A stretch of DNA of 64,000 nt from Vulcanimicrobiota bacterium (lineage in GTDB: Bacteria; Vulcanimicrobiota; Vulcanimicrobiia; Vulcanimicrobiales; Vulcanimicrobiaceae): NCBI GenBank assembly GCA_963723515.1, contig CAVRQT010000003.1:992001-1056000 (forward strand), in the 5' to 3' direction. A model generated the notes under the pieces. That model was given only the letters and a program-made list of their open reading frames with translations. It ran no database searches and was not told where the DNA came from. Positions 1-9,809 of this stretch are shown piece by piece (position 1 is the stretch's first letter; each line of letters begins with the position of its first letter). Position numbers and translations under genes: made by a program.

Positions 1-82
1 CGAAAGAGCCCGATTTCATCGTTTGATGGAGGCGGACTTTGGGCAAGTTTGACTGCAAAACTCACTCTGGTGGAGGACTAGC

Positions 83-463
83 ATGCCCCGCAAATCGAGC
101 AGACGCAAGGCCACTTCACGTACCGCAGGGCGCGCGAAAACGCAGCGCAAGCGCTCGGGCGGCGGCGTCAAGAAGGCCGTCGGACGCAGCGCGAAGGGCG
201 CACGCAAGGCAGTCGGACGAACCGCAAAGGGCGCGAAGAAAGCCGCCCGCGGTGCCGCAAAGGCCGTCTCCAAAACGGCTACGACTGCGACGCGCACCGT
301 CAAGAAAGCAGCCTCTAACGTCAAGGCAGGGACAGGACGCGCGCGCGAAGTCGGGCGAGCCATGACGACCGCCGGCGTCATCATTCAAGAAAGCGCCGAC
401 GTGATCGATTCGATGGCCGACCGCGCCAAGAAAAAGACGCGAGAACTCAAAAAAGAGCGCTGA
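83..463 (+). CDS. Lys/Arg/Ala-rich basic protein, histone H1-like / putative nucleoid-associated
   Basis: 126 aa ORF with GGAGG RBS; repeated KKAVGR/KGAKKA motifs. Confidence 0.6.
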   Translation: MPRKSSRRKATSRTAGRAKTQRKRSGGGVKKAVGRSAKGARKAVGRTAKGAKKAARGAAKAVSKTATTATRTVKKAASNVKAGTGRAREVGRAMTTAGVIIQESADVIDSMADRAKKKTRELKKER

Positions 464-470
464 GCATTTC

Positions 471-1346
471 GTGAAGCTGCGCGACATCGGCGCGCTGCTG
501 AAAGCGACCTTCCAGCAATGGAGCGAGCATAAGTCGCCGCGGCTTGCCGCGGCGCTCGCTTACTATACGGTCTTTGCGATCGCGCCGCTACTGATTATCG
601 TCATTGCTATCGCGGGTCTGGTCTTCGGGCACGATGCGGCCGCAAAACAGGTTCTCGGGCAGATCGGCTCACTGACGGGACACAATACGCAAGCGCAGTT
701 GAGTGGCATGATCGCGGCTGCAAGCCGCCCGAAGGCCGGTATCATCGCCACAGTTCTTGGGGTAGTTACGCTGATCTTGGCGGCATCGGGGGTCGTCATT
801 CAACTGCAAGACGCACTCGACGTCATCTGGGATGTGGAAGAGAAAGCGAGCGGCGGACTCTGGCAGACGATCCGTACACGTCTGCTCTCGATCGGCATGT
901 TGCTCGGACTAACGTTTCTGCTGATCGCCTCACTTGCCGTCAGCGCCGGACTCTCGGCTGTCAATACGTACACCAGCGCACTCGTTCCCGCGGCCGCTTA
1001 CGGCATGCAGTTCCTCAACGTCATCTTCGATATCGTGATCCTCTCCCTGCTCTTTGCAATCATCTACAAGTATTTGCCGAAGGCGGAAGTGTCGTGGAAA
1101 GACGTGCGGTTCGGCGCCGTGATGACGGCGGTACTTTTCATCATCGGTCAGTTCATCATTACACTCTACCTTGGCAAATTGAACGCCAGCTCGCCGTACG
1201 GGGATGCCGGAGCGCTGATCATTCTCTTATTGTGGGTCTATTATTCGGCGCAGCTGCTGCTCTTCGGCGCGGAGTTCACGAATGTTTGGGCTGAAAAGTA
1301 CGGCGACCGCATCGCGCCCGCCAGCTCGAAGAAACAAAGGAAGTAA
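471..1346 (+). CDS. YihY/virulence factor BrkB family membrane protein
   Basis: AAALAYY..F, YKYLP and YG.AG.LIILLLWVYYSAQLLLFGAE motifs; multiple TM helices. Confidence 0.9.
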   Translation: MKLRDIGALLKATFQQWSEHKSPRLAAALAYYTVFAIAPLLIIVIAIAGLVFGHDAAAKQVLGQIGSLTGHNTQAQLSGMIAAASRPKAGIIATVLGVVTLILAASGVVIQLQDALDVIWDVEEKASGGLWQTIRTRLLSIGMLLGLTFLLIASLAVSAGLSAVNTYTSALVPAAAYGMQFLNVIFDIVILSLLFAIIYKYLPKAEVSWKDVRFGAVMTAVLFIIGQFIITLYLGKLNASSPYGDAGALIILLLWVYYSAQLLLFGAEFTNVWAEKYGDRIAPASSKKQRK

Positions 1347-1395
1347 TCATACTTTACCGCTCGAGGGTAAAGAATCACTTTCGCATTCGGAGGTT

Positions 1396-1893
1396 GTGCA
1401 TGGCATCATACTTAGAACCGGTTTGGCAGTGATAAGCCTAGTGCTCCCGCTTCTTCTCGTCGGCGCAAAGCCTGCGGCGCATCAGCCGTCGCACAACAAG
1501 CAGATCATGCATCAGCTGGTCAAGATCAACATGGACCTCGACTTTAAGCCCCATCGGCGTTCTTCATTCGGCAAGCTGCAAGGGTACGACCCGGTTGAAG
1601 TTCACGTGCATCAGAACGACCAGATTCAATTCATCAACACGGACGATCAGGCACACACCGCCACAGGCATGTCGTATACCGGCCAAACTGCGCCTTCACA
1701 TTACCAATTTCACGGTGATCTGACCAAATCGCATGGGCGCATTATCGACTCGACCGAGTGGAGCACCGGCAATGTGCGCGCGCACGGCGGCAAGTCGCAG
1801 ATTTTCATCGCCAAAACCGTTGGGCATTATTTCTACGGTTGCGCCTACCATATCGGCAATGGCATGATGGGCGTCATCGTGGTCGGCCCGTAA
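1396..1893 (+). CDS. Secreted cupredoxin (type-1 copper, plastocyanin/azurin-like)
   Basis: GTG start after GGAGG; signal peptide; H(TAT) and C-x2-H-x4-M (YGCAYHIGNGMMG) ligands. Confidence 0.8.
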   Translation: MHGIILRTGLAVISLVLPLLLVGAKPAAHQPSHNKQIMHQLVKINMDLDFKPHRRSSFGKLQGYDPVEVHVHQNDQIQFINTDDQAHTATGMSYTGQTAPSHYQFHGDLTKSHGRIIDSTEWSTGNVRAHGGKSQIFIAKTVGHYFYGCAYHIGNGMMGVIVVGP

Positions 1894-1914
1894 AGAAAAA
1901 ACTAGACCGAAGAG

Positions 1915-2781
1915 CTACGCCGCAGCGGCGATTCGGTCGCGATCCTCTTCACTGAGCTCGATCGTCGCCGCTGCGACGTTTTCTTCAAGATGTTCAAGCG
2001 ACGAAGTTCCCGGAATCGGCAACATCAGGTTGCTGCGGTGGAGAAGCCAGGCGATTGCGATCTGATGCGGACTGACGCCCTTCTTGCGCGCAACCTCAGC
2101 GATTTTTTCGGCTTCCTGAATGTCTCCGGCGTCGAGCGGAAACCACGGGATGAAGACGATGCCATGGCGCTCGCACTCCTCTAAGACCCCCTCGGAATGA
2201 CGATCCGCAGCGTTGTAGCGGTTCTGCACCGAGACGATCGTCGCGACGGAACGCGCAATCGCAAGTTCTTCTTCGTTAACGTTGGAAACGCCGATGTAAC
2301 GGATCTTGCCTTGCGTTTGCAGGTCCCGTAGGGCGCCAATTTGCTCGCTGTATGGCACGGCCGGATCGACGGCATGCAATTGGTAGAGCTCGATGCAATC
2401 GAGCCGCAGGCGGCGCAAACTTCCTTCAGCGGCCTTCTTCAACTCGGCCGGGCGGCAGTCGCGACCCCATTGGCCGGGACCTGTGCGCGTCGAACCGCCT
2501 TTGGTTGCAATCACGAGGTCGGCCGGATACGGATAGAGCGCTTGCGCGATCTGCTCTTCATTAATATCGGGGCCGTAGGCGTTCGCCGTATCGATGAAGT
2601 TGACGCCGAGCGCGACGGCACGTCGCAACACCGCTAGCGCATTTTCAGGATCGGTGGGAGGTCCCCAGACACCCGGCCCGCACAGGCGCATCGCGCCGAA
2701 GCCGAGCCGATTGACGGTTCGTTCGCCGATCTGAATCTGACCGGCCGCTGCTGCACTGACTGCTGTTTCCATACGAGCCAT
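1915..2781 (-). CDS. Aldo/keto reductase
   Basis: RLGFGAMRL, FIDTANAYG, GKIRYIGVSN and PIPGTSS motifs. Confidence 0.92.
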   Translation of the reverse strand: MARMETAVSAAAAGQIQIGERTVNRLGFGAMRLCGPGVWGPPTDPENALAVLRRAVALGVNFIDTANAYGPDINEEQIAQALYPYPADLVIATKGGSTRTGPGQWGRDCRPAELKKAAEGSLRRLRLDCIELYQLHAVDPAVPYSEQIGALRDLQTQGKIRYIGVSNVNEEELAIARSVATIVSVQNRYNAADRHSEGVLEECERHGIVFIPWFPLDAGDIQEAEKIAEVARKKGVSPHQIAIAWLLHRSNLMLPIPGTSSLEHLEENVAAATIELSEEDRDRIAAAA

Positions 2782-2809
2782 TATGCCCGCAGAAGCCAGA
2801 AGGTTGCGC

Positions 2810-3511
2810 TTAGGTCGGCGTTCCGATGAACCGGATCACGAGCACGAGCAGACCCAAGCCAACCACACCCGCGATGAAGCCTTCGGCGACCGGACCAAGC
2901 TGGCCCAGCGAAAAACCGCCGTAGTTGTACGGTTGTGTCTGCAGCCAATTGACGTATCGCACGACATCGAGCAGATCGCGTTGCGGCAGCGTGCGTTGGT
3001 CAAAGCGCGGCATCTCTCCCGGTCCGACGCGAATCGCTTCGGCAACCTGTTCGACGCTGGCGTGCATCAGCGATGGCGCGTAGGCGCCATATCCGATCGC
3101 GTTGCCGACGCCTCCCGCACTGTGGCACGCCTCGCAATTGCTTGCGAAGAGCTCCCGCCCGCGCGGTAGATTGCCCGTATTGTCAACGTGTGGAATCGGC
3201 GGTCCGCCGTTCGTTCTTGCCGTAATGAATGATTCCAGCGCTTCGATTTGCCCGGCGTCGAACTTCGGCGGCTGACGAGCCGCTTGGCGCGTCGGATCCT
3301 CGACCGGCATGCGCCCCGTCGTCAGCATGAAGTCGACCGCCGCTGCACCCGATTGCTCGAGTGAGGGTCCTTGCGCCGTTCCTTTGAGATCGACACCGTG
3401 GCAGCTCGAGCAGTTCGTTTGATACAACACCGCCCCGCTATCGGCAAAGACAGGCGAGCGCAACGCGCACAGCATTCCAATCAAGAGCAAGAATCGTCGC
3501 GCGAGGGTCAT
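2810..3511 (-). CDS. qcrC: Diheme cytochrome c subunit of bcc complex
   Basis: Two CxxCH motifs (CSSCH, CEACH); TGRMP, GPGEMP and GPVAEG motifs with a C-terminal TM helix. Confidence 0.88.
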   Translation of the reverse strand: MTLARRFLLLIGMLCALRSPVFADSGAVLYQTNCSSCHGVDLKGTAQGPSLEQSGAAAVDFMLTTGRMPVEDPTRQAARQPPKFDAGQIEALESFITARTNGGPPIPHVDNTGNLPRGRELFASNCEACHSAGGVGNAIGYGAYAPSLMHASVEQVAEAIRVGPGEMPRFDQRTLPQRDLLDVVRYVNWLQTQPYNYGGFSLGQLGPVAEGFIAGVVGLGLLVLVIRFIGTPT

Positions 3512-3885
3512 CGGCTTTCTCGAACGAGCGCCCACAAGACGGCGAGCATCAAGACAAAGCCAACTACACCGAAGAACGGGAAGATGATGAAGCCGCCGAG
3601 CGTCAACGCGGCGCACACCGCAAGCAATATCGGCCAAGGGCTGCGCGTGGTGAAGATGCCGACGCGTTCTCCGGCTCCGTGATCGAGGCGCGCGGTTGGA
3701 TCATCCGCTGCGAGTTGCGCGCCGCGTTCGGCAAAGAAGACATAAACCGCGATGAATCCCATCGCGACAGCCATCAGCCCAAGGAGCAACAATCCGGCGT
3801 ATTCACGCGCCCATCCCCAGTAAATTGCTGCGACGACCGCACTGAAGACCAGCGACGATATGAACACTTGAACCGCCGCCTTCAT
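3508..3885 (-). CDS. ctaF: Cytochrome c oxidase subunit 4 (CtaF-like)
   Basis: Small hydrophobic ORF coupled to ctaD; F...SPWP motif. Confidence 0.7.
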   Translation of the reverse strand: MKAAVQVFISSLVFSAVVAAIYWGWAREYAGLLLLGLMAVAMGFIAVYVFFAERGAQLAADDPTARLDHGAGERVGIFTTRSPWPILLAVCAALTLGGFIIFPFFGVVGFVLMLAVLWALVRESR

Positions 3886-5510
3886 GTGCTGTGCGCCAAC
3901 TCCGGATGTTTTGCATCGAAGACGGGCCGCTCCGAGCGAATAGCCGGGAGCGACGTGAAATTCAGCTTTGGCGGCGGCGACGTCGTGCCCCACTCCAAGG
4001 AATATCCGCCCCAAGGATCATCGCCGGCGGGCTCCGCTCTGCGAAGCGTGACGGCGACGTCGATGATGAAAACGACGACGGCTGCCGCAAAGATAAAGGC
4101 ACCCAGCGTTGAGATTCCATTCAAGATGCCCCAACCGGAGAGATCCGGATACGTGTAAACGCGTCGAGGCATTCCGAGCGCGCCAAGCAGATGCATCGGC
4201 AGAAAGATCACGTTAAACCCGATCAGCGCGAGCCAAAAAACCCACCGTCCAAGCCGCTCTTGCAAACGGTAGCCGAAGATCTTCGGAAACCAAAAGTAGA
4301 TTGCGGCGAAGATCGCAAACATGCTTCCGCCGCCGAGCACATAATGAAAGTGAGCGACTAAGAAGTAGCTATCTTCGGCGTGAAAGTCGATCGGCGGCGA
4401 GGCGACCATCACGCCCATGATGCCGCCGATCAAGAAATTCAGCATGAAGCCGATCGTGAAGAGCATCGGCGTATCGAATGCAATCGAGCCGCGCCACATC
4501 GTGCCGATCCAATTGAAGAATTTGATTCCGGTCGGTACGGCGATCAAGAACGACATCGCCGAGAAGAACGGATTGAGCACGGCGCCCGTCGTGAACATAT
4601 GGTGCGCCCAGACGCCCATCGAGAGTCCCGCGATCGCAAAAGCCGAGAGAACGAGTCCGAAGTAGCCGAAGATCGGCTTGCGAGAAAAGACGGCGACGAT
4701 CTCGCTGACGACACCGAAATACGGCAGAATCATTACGTAAACTTCGGGGTGCCCGAAAAACCAAAACAGATGTTGGTAGAGAACCGGGCTGCCGCCGGCC
4801 GACGCATCGAAGAAGTGGCCGCCGAGCCGTCGATCGATCAACAGCATTGCCAGCACCGTCGCCAGCGGCGGAAACGCCATCAAGATCAACAGCGACGTCG
4901 CTACCATTTCCCAGGTGAAGATCGGAATGCGCCACATCGTCATGCCCGGAGCGCGGTAGATGAAGATCGTCGTCAAGAAATTCACGGCGGTCATGATGCC
5001 CGAAACGCTCGTTAACGCGAGTCCGATCGCCCAAAGATCTTGCCCCGTGCCGCCGTCGATCTGGACGCTGGAGAGCGGCGCGAATGCCGTCCACCCTGCG
5101 GACGCACCGCCTTCTGCCGTCAGCAAACCGGCGAAGACGGTCAGCCCGCCGCACAGAAACATCCAATAGCTTAAGGCATTTAATCGCGGAAACGCCATAT
5201 CGGCAGCGCCGATCTGCAACGGAATCAGATAATTCGCAAGTCCCAATCCAAAGGGCGCCACGAAAAAGAAGATCATCGCCGTTCCGTGCAGCGTGAACAG
5301 GACGGCGTAGAGATGCGGCGATACAAGCGCGGCCCCCGGCCGAGCCAACTGCATACGAATCAGCAGCGCAAGAATGCCGGCGAGAAAAAAGAAGGCAACG
5401 CTCGTCGTCATGTACAGCACGCCGATTTTCTTGTGATCGGTAGCGGTCAGCCAAGATAGCAAACCAGATTCCAGCGGCGAGGGCGCCTGGTGCACGGCCG
5501 TTGCGTTCAT
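3882..5510 (-). CDS. ctaD: Cytochrome c oxidase subunit I (aa3, A1 type)
   Basis: DHKKIG, WFFGHPEVY, WAHHMF and VAHFHY motifs. Confidence 0.97.
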   Translation of the reverse strand: MNATAVHQAPSPLESGLLSWLTATDHKKIGVLYMTTSVAFFFLAGILALLIRMQLARPGAALVSPHLYAVLFTLHGTAMIFFFVAPFGLGLANYLIPLQIGAADMAFPRLNALSYWMFLCGGLTVFAGLLTAEGGASAGWTAFAPLSSVQIDGGTGQDLWAIGLALTSVSGIMTAVNFLTTIFIYRAPGMTMWRIPIFTWEMVATSLLILMAFPPLATVLAMLLIDRRLGGHFFDASAGGSPVLYQHLFWFFGHPEVYVMILPYFGVVSEIVAVFSRKPIFGYFGLVLSAFAIAGLSMGVWAHHMFTTGAVLNPFFSAMSFLIAVPTGIKFFNWIGTMWRGSIAFDTPMLFTIGFMLNFLIGGIMGVMVASPPIDFHAEDSYFLVAHFHYVLGGGSMFAIFAAIYFWFPKIFGYRLQERLGRWVFWLALIGFNVIFLPMHLLGALGMPRRVYTYPDLSGWGILNGISTLGAFIFAAAVVVFIIDVAVTLRRAEPAGDDPWGGYSLEWGTTSPPPKLNFTSLPAIRSERPVFDAKHPELAHST

Positions 5511-6181
5511 CGATGAGCCGCCGTGCTACGTTTCTGCGCGGCCATCCAACGATTGAAATCGGGCGGCGAAAGCACGCGGACTTTAAAGGTCATCAGCGCA
5601 TGGTTGAGGCCGCAGAACTCAGCGCAGACGCCGCGGTATTCGCCCACCACTTTGGGCTCGAGATCGAAGCGATTGATGATGCCGGCGATCGCATCTCGCT
5701 TGAAGAGAAAGGCCGGAATCCAAAACGCATGGTTGACGTCGGTCGTGGAGAGTTCAATTTGGGTTGTCTCTCCCGCAGGCAGCACAAGTTCGGCCGGTCG
5801 CGTGAAGGTCCCAACGAAGGCGGCGCCGCTTTGCGGGTAGTCGAACCGCCAATTCCACCGGAAAGCCGTTACCTTGACGATCGCGGCCGGCCGAGCGCTG
5901 ATGCGCTCAACGTCCGCTTCAACGTGATACGTCAGCCAAAAGAGCCCGGCGACGATGAGCAGCGGCACGATCGTGTACGTCAGCTCAAGCACCGTGTTCT
6001 CTTTAAACTGCATCGGATACGCTTCAGAGCGACGACGGTAGCGGATCAAGCACCAAAAGATCAGCCCGTAAACGATCAGCGCGACGAGCGCACCTACGAA
6101 CGTGAAAATACCCCAAACCCGCGCCATCTCTTGGGCTTGCGTGGTCGTATGCACCGCGCTGAAAAGCCGGTCAATCCCCAC
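5507..6181 (-). CDS. ctaC: Cytochrome c oxidase subunit II
   Basis: DVNHAFWIP and CAEFCGLNHALM CuA motif; two TM helices. Confidence 0.93.
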   Translation of the reverse strand: MGIDRLFSAVHTTTQAQEMARVWGIFTFVGALVALIVYGLIFWCLIRYRRRSEAYPMQFKENTVLELTYTIVPLLIVAGLFWLTYHVEADVERISARPAAIVKVTAFRWNWRFDYPQSGAAFVGTFTRPAELVLPAGETTQIELSTTDVNHAFWIPAFLFKRDAIAGIINRFDLEPKVVGEYRGVCAEFCGLNHALMTFKVRVLSPPDFNRWMAAQKRSTAAHR

Positions 6182-6238
6182 GAGAGGAAACTACCCAGAA
6201 AACGCGGCTCTAAGAGCATCGGAGGGTATAGAACGGCG

Positions 6239-6805
6239 GTGAAGGGCTCGCGAGCGCTACCGTTGCGGACGCATCCGCTCGTCTTCGGCGTCGTCGTTTT
6301 CTTGGCGTCGGAGCTGATGTTTTTTGCCGCTCTCTTTGCGGCGTATTACAACCTTCGCTCGTTGAACTCGCCGTGGCCACCGCCCGGCGTCCACCTACGG
6401 CTCCTTGAGTCGAGCATCGGCACGGCGCTGCTCGCGCTTTCAAGCTTTTCGATGATCATGGTCTCACGCTACTTGGCGCGAGAGCGCGTTGCCATGAGCC
6501 GTGGCTGGCTTGGCATCACGATTGTTTTGGGGACGGTGTTCTTTGCGATTGCGATGCATGGTTGGGCCGGTAACACGTTTCGCATCGACACAAACGCGTA
6601 CGGCTCGCTCTTCTACACGATGACGGGGTTCCACGCGCTTCACGTCATCGTCGGGATCATTTTGATGGTCGGACTTTTCGCAGGAATGCGCAGGCCGGCG
6701 TTTCTGACGCAAGGACGCGCCGGCGCGGAAGCGATCTCATATTACTGGCACTTTGTCTTCGTCGTTTGGCTCGGCATTTGGGGCTCGATCTACCTAATCC
6801 GCTGA
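6239..6805 (+). CDS. ctaE: Cytochrome c oxidase subunit III
   Basis: FLASELMFF, TGFHALHV and YYWHFV motifs; GTG start after GGAGG. Confidence 0.9.
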   Translation: MKGSRALPLRTHPLVFGVVVFLASELMFFAALFAAYYNLRSLNSPWPPPGVHLRLLESSIGTALLALSSFSMIMVSRYLARERVAMSRGWLGITIVLGTVFFAIAMHGWAGNTFRIDTNAYGSLFYTMTGFHALHVIVGIILMVGLFAGMRRPAFLTQGRAGAEAISYYWHFVFVVWLGIWGSIYLIR

Positions 6806-6809
6806 ACCG

Positions 6810-7635
6810 ATGAAGAGCGTGAGCGCCGTTTGCCTTGCCGCATTGTTTACCTCACTGCTCGGCAGCATCGGCTTTGCTTTCGCGTATGCTTCGCGGCGGG
6901 AGCGAAGCGCTGCAAGGCCTGGCACTGGGGGCAAGCTGCATGGGCTTAGCGATCTTCTTCATTACCTACGGCAAATTCGGGGTCGAACAGCGGCAAGTTG
7001 TGGAGTCTCGTCGACACCAGGACGACCCGAACGCACTGCAGGCGTCCGATTTAGACCTCAACGACGCGAGGGTGCCGCGCTATCGCCTTCTGCATGGTTT
7101 GCTCTACGGCGCGCTTGGCATGTTTGCCGTTGCGTTGCTCTTTCCGATTCGCTCGCTCGGCTCACGGATGACATCCGCTCAGAGCCGGACGGGTTGGGGC
7201 CGGGGTGTGCGCGTCGTGCGTTCTGACGGCTCGGCGGTGCACAAAGACGATCTCGAAGTTGGATCGATGGTGACCGTCTTTCCGCAAGGCGAGATCGATA
7301 ACGCAAATGCGCAAACAGTGCTGATTCATCTGGGAAGTGCAGCGGGTGAACTTCCGAACGGTCGCGCATCGTGGAGCGCCGCCGGCTATGTCGCGTTTTC
7401 GAAAGTTTGCACGCATGCCGGCTGTCCCGTCGGCCTCTATCGTTCAGCCGCAGCGCAGCTGCTCTGCCCGTGCCATCAATCGGTTTTCGATGTTCGAGCC
7501 GCGGCGCAGCCGATCTCAGGTCCGGCAGCAAGAGCGCTGCCGCAATTGCCGCTCGAGATTGCCGCGGACGGAACGCTGATCGCCGCCGGTGATTTTAGCG
7601 ACGCGATCGGCCCCGACCGCTGGAACTACCTGTGA
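6810..7635 (+). CDS. qcrA: Rieske Fe-S subunit of bcc complex (frameshift near 6895)
   Basis: SKVCTHAGCP and LLCPCHQSVF Rieske boxes; GPAARALPQLP. Confidence 0.9.
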
Positions 7636-9006
7636 TCAAAGCGTTCGTTTTTTGGCTCGAGCGGCGAATCGACGCACATTCATGGACGAAAAAAGCGCTC
7701 GACAAAGCATTTCCCGATCACTGGTCGTTCATGCTCGGGGAGATCGCACTCTATGCGTTTCTGTTCTTAATCGCGAGCGGCACGTTCTTGGGTTTGCTTT
7801 TCGAGCCATCGGGAAACCGTGAGGTGTATAACGGCCCATACCAGCCCTTGCGAGGTGCGCACGTTTCCGGCGCCTTTGCATCGATCTTGCGACTCTCGCT
7901 CGAGACGCCGGCGGGTTTGCTGCTTCGGCAAGCGCACCATTGGGCCGCGCTGATCTTCGCCGGCGCGATCGTCGTCCACATGAGCCGCATCTTCTTTACC
8001 GGCGCATTTCGACGACCGCGCGAAATCAATTGGATCGTCGGCTTGACGCTCTTTTTGCTTGCGCTCGTCGCCGGCTTTACCGGCTATTCGCTTCCTGACG
8101 ACGCGCTCTCCGGTACCGGACTCAAAATCGCCCAAGCGATCGTGCTTTCCATGCCCATCCTCGGCGGTTGGGCGTCATGGATCTTTTTTGGCGGCTCCTT
8201 TCCGAATCCAAATGTGCCGGGACGGCTATTCTTCGAGCATGTCTTCTTGCTGCCGGCGGCAATTGCAAGCGCAATTGCGATCCATCTCTTCGTGATCTGG
8301 CGACAGAAGCACACGCAATTTCGAGCCGACGGGACGTTCCGAGAACAACGTCGTCGGCTCGCCGCTGTGGCCGAATTACGCACTGAAGTCGATCGGCTTG
8401 CTCTTTGCGGTGTCGGCGGTAGCGCTTTTTCTCGGTGCGTTCGTGCAAATCAACCCAGTATGGCTGTACGGGCCATACGTTCCATATCAAGTCAGTGCGC
8501 CCGCGCAGCCCGATTGGTTCGTCGGCTGGCTCGACGGCGCGCTGCGCCTTGGACCGCCGTGGCTCTTGCGCATTTCACATTACGCGATTCCGCCGCAGTT
8601 TTGGCCTGGCGTATTGATGCCGGCGGTGCTCTTTGCGCTGCTCTATCTCTATCCGTTCCTCGAAGCGCGCGCGATGAAGGACCGTAGCGCCCATCATCTT
8701 CTGGACCGGGCGCGCGACGCGCCGGTGCGTTCGGGGATCGGCTTTGCCGTTTTGGCATACGCGCTCGTGTTGCTGATGGCGGGCAGCGACGACATCCAAG
8801 CCCGCGTCCTACACGTTCCAATCGAAAGCTTCACGACGTTATATCGAGTCCTGGTCATCGTCGCGCCGGTACTGGCAGGCCTCATCGGCTATCGCGTTTG
8901 CAGGGAATTGCGCGCCCGCGAGCCGCTGTTAGCGGCGCACCCGCCGGCGGAACGGCTCGTACGCACCGCAACCGGCGGCTATGAGGAAGAGCCGGTGCGG
9001 CAATGA
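7632..9006 (+). CDS. qcrB: Cytochrome b of bcc complex (frameshift near 8325-8340)
   Basis: FPDHWSFMLGEIALY, HHWAA, FRRPREINW; continues in the 8398..9006 frame with INPVWLYGPY and QPDWF. Confidence 0.92.
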
Positions 9007-9789
9007 TTGCTATCGTCCTGCTCTTGGGGTTTGAAGTAGCGTATGAGTTCGCGCTCGTGCGCTATAGACGGCGGTTTCCCGGCAAGCGAGTGCAATCTGC
9101 ATGGTTCTTCCGAGCCGGCATCTTCGCGGCTGCGGCACTGCTTTCTCCGTGGTTCGACCGTCTGGCGGACGCTTCGTTTTCTATCCACATGTTGCAACAT
9201 CTCGGCCTCATGCTGATCGTACCGCCGCTCATTTTAGCGGCTGGGCCGCTGCCCGTCTTCATCGCGGCGTTGCCCCACAAAGTGGCGCGGCTTATCGGCA
9301 AGGCATTTGGTGCCGGCCTCATCGGCGCGCTGCTCGGCTCCGCGGTGCTCGCCTGGTGCGCGTTCATTGCAGCGATGTGGGCAACGCACTATTCACCGCT
9401 GTACGATGCCGCGTTGCAATCCTCGAGCGGTCCATGCCCTCGAGCACAGCCCTCTATTTATTCGCGGCGATCTGGTTTTGGACACCAATCTTCGGAGCCG
9501 CTCCGGCGCACGTACTTCCTTATCCGGCAAGGACGCTCTATGTCTTCGCGTCGATTCCACCCTGGCGCTGCTCGGTTTTACGTTATACGCTGCACCGCAC
9601 GTGTTGTACGAGCACTACACGATCGTCAACAATCCACTGGGACTCTCGCCCATCGAAGACCAGCACCTTGGCGGCTTGATCATGTGGAGTGCCGGCGGCC
9701 TTGTGCTGTTCGTCGCGATGCTCGCCACAATCGTGGCCTGGCGCCGCCTTGACCTGATGAAGGCCGCCGCACTTCCGCAAGAAAGCTAA
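9003..9789 (+). CDS. ctaG: Cytochrome c oxidase assembly factor CtaG (caa3-type; frameshifted)
   Basis: FSIHMLQHL, HALEH and DQHLGGLIMW motifs spread over three frames. Confidence 0.82.
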
Positions 9790-9809
9790 CCCGACGCTAG
9801 GAGGCATCG

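Noticed and set aside
4369..5454. Long alternative-frame or antisense ORFs (e.g. 4369..5454, the 5' part of 5501..6805, 51559..52692)
   Set aside because: Shadow ORFs overlapping well-supported genes in GC-rich DNA, with no motifs of their own
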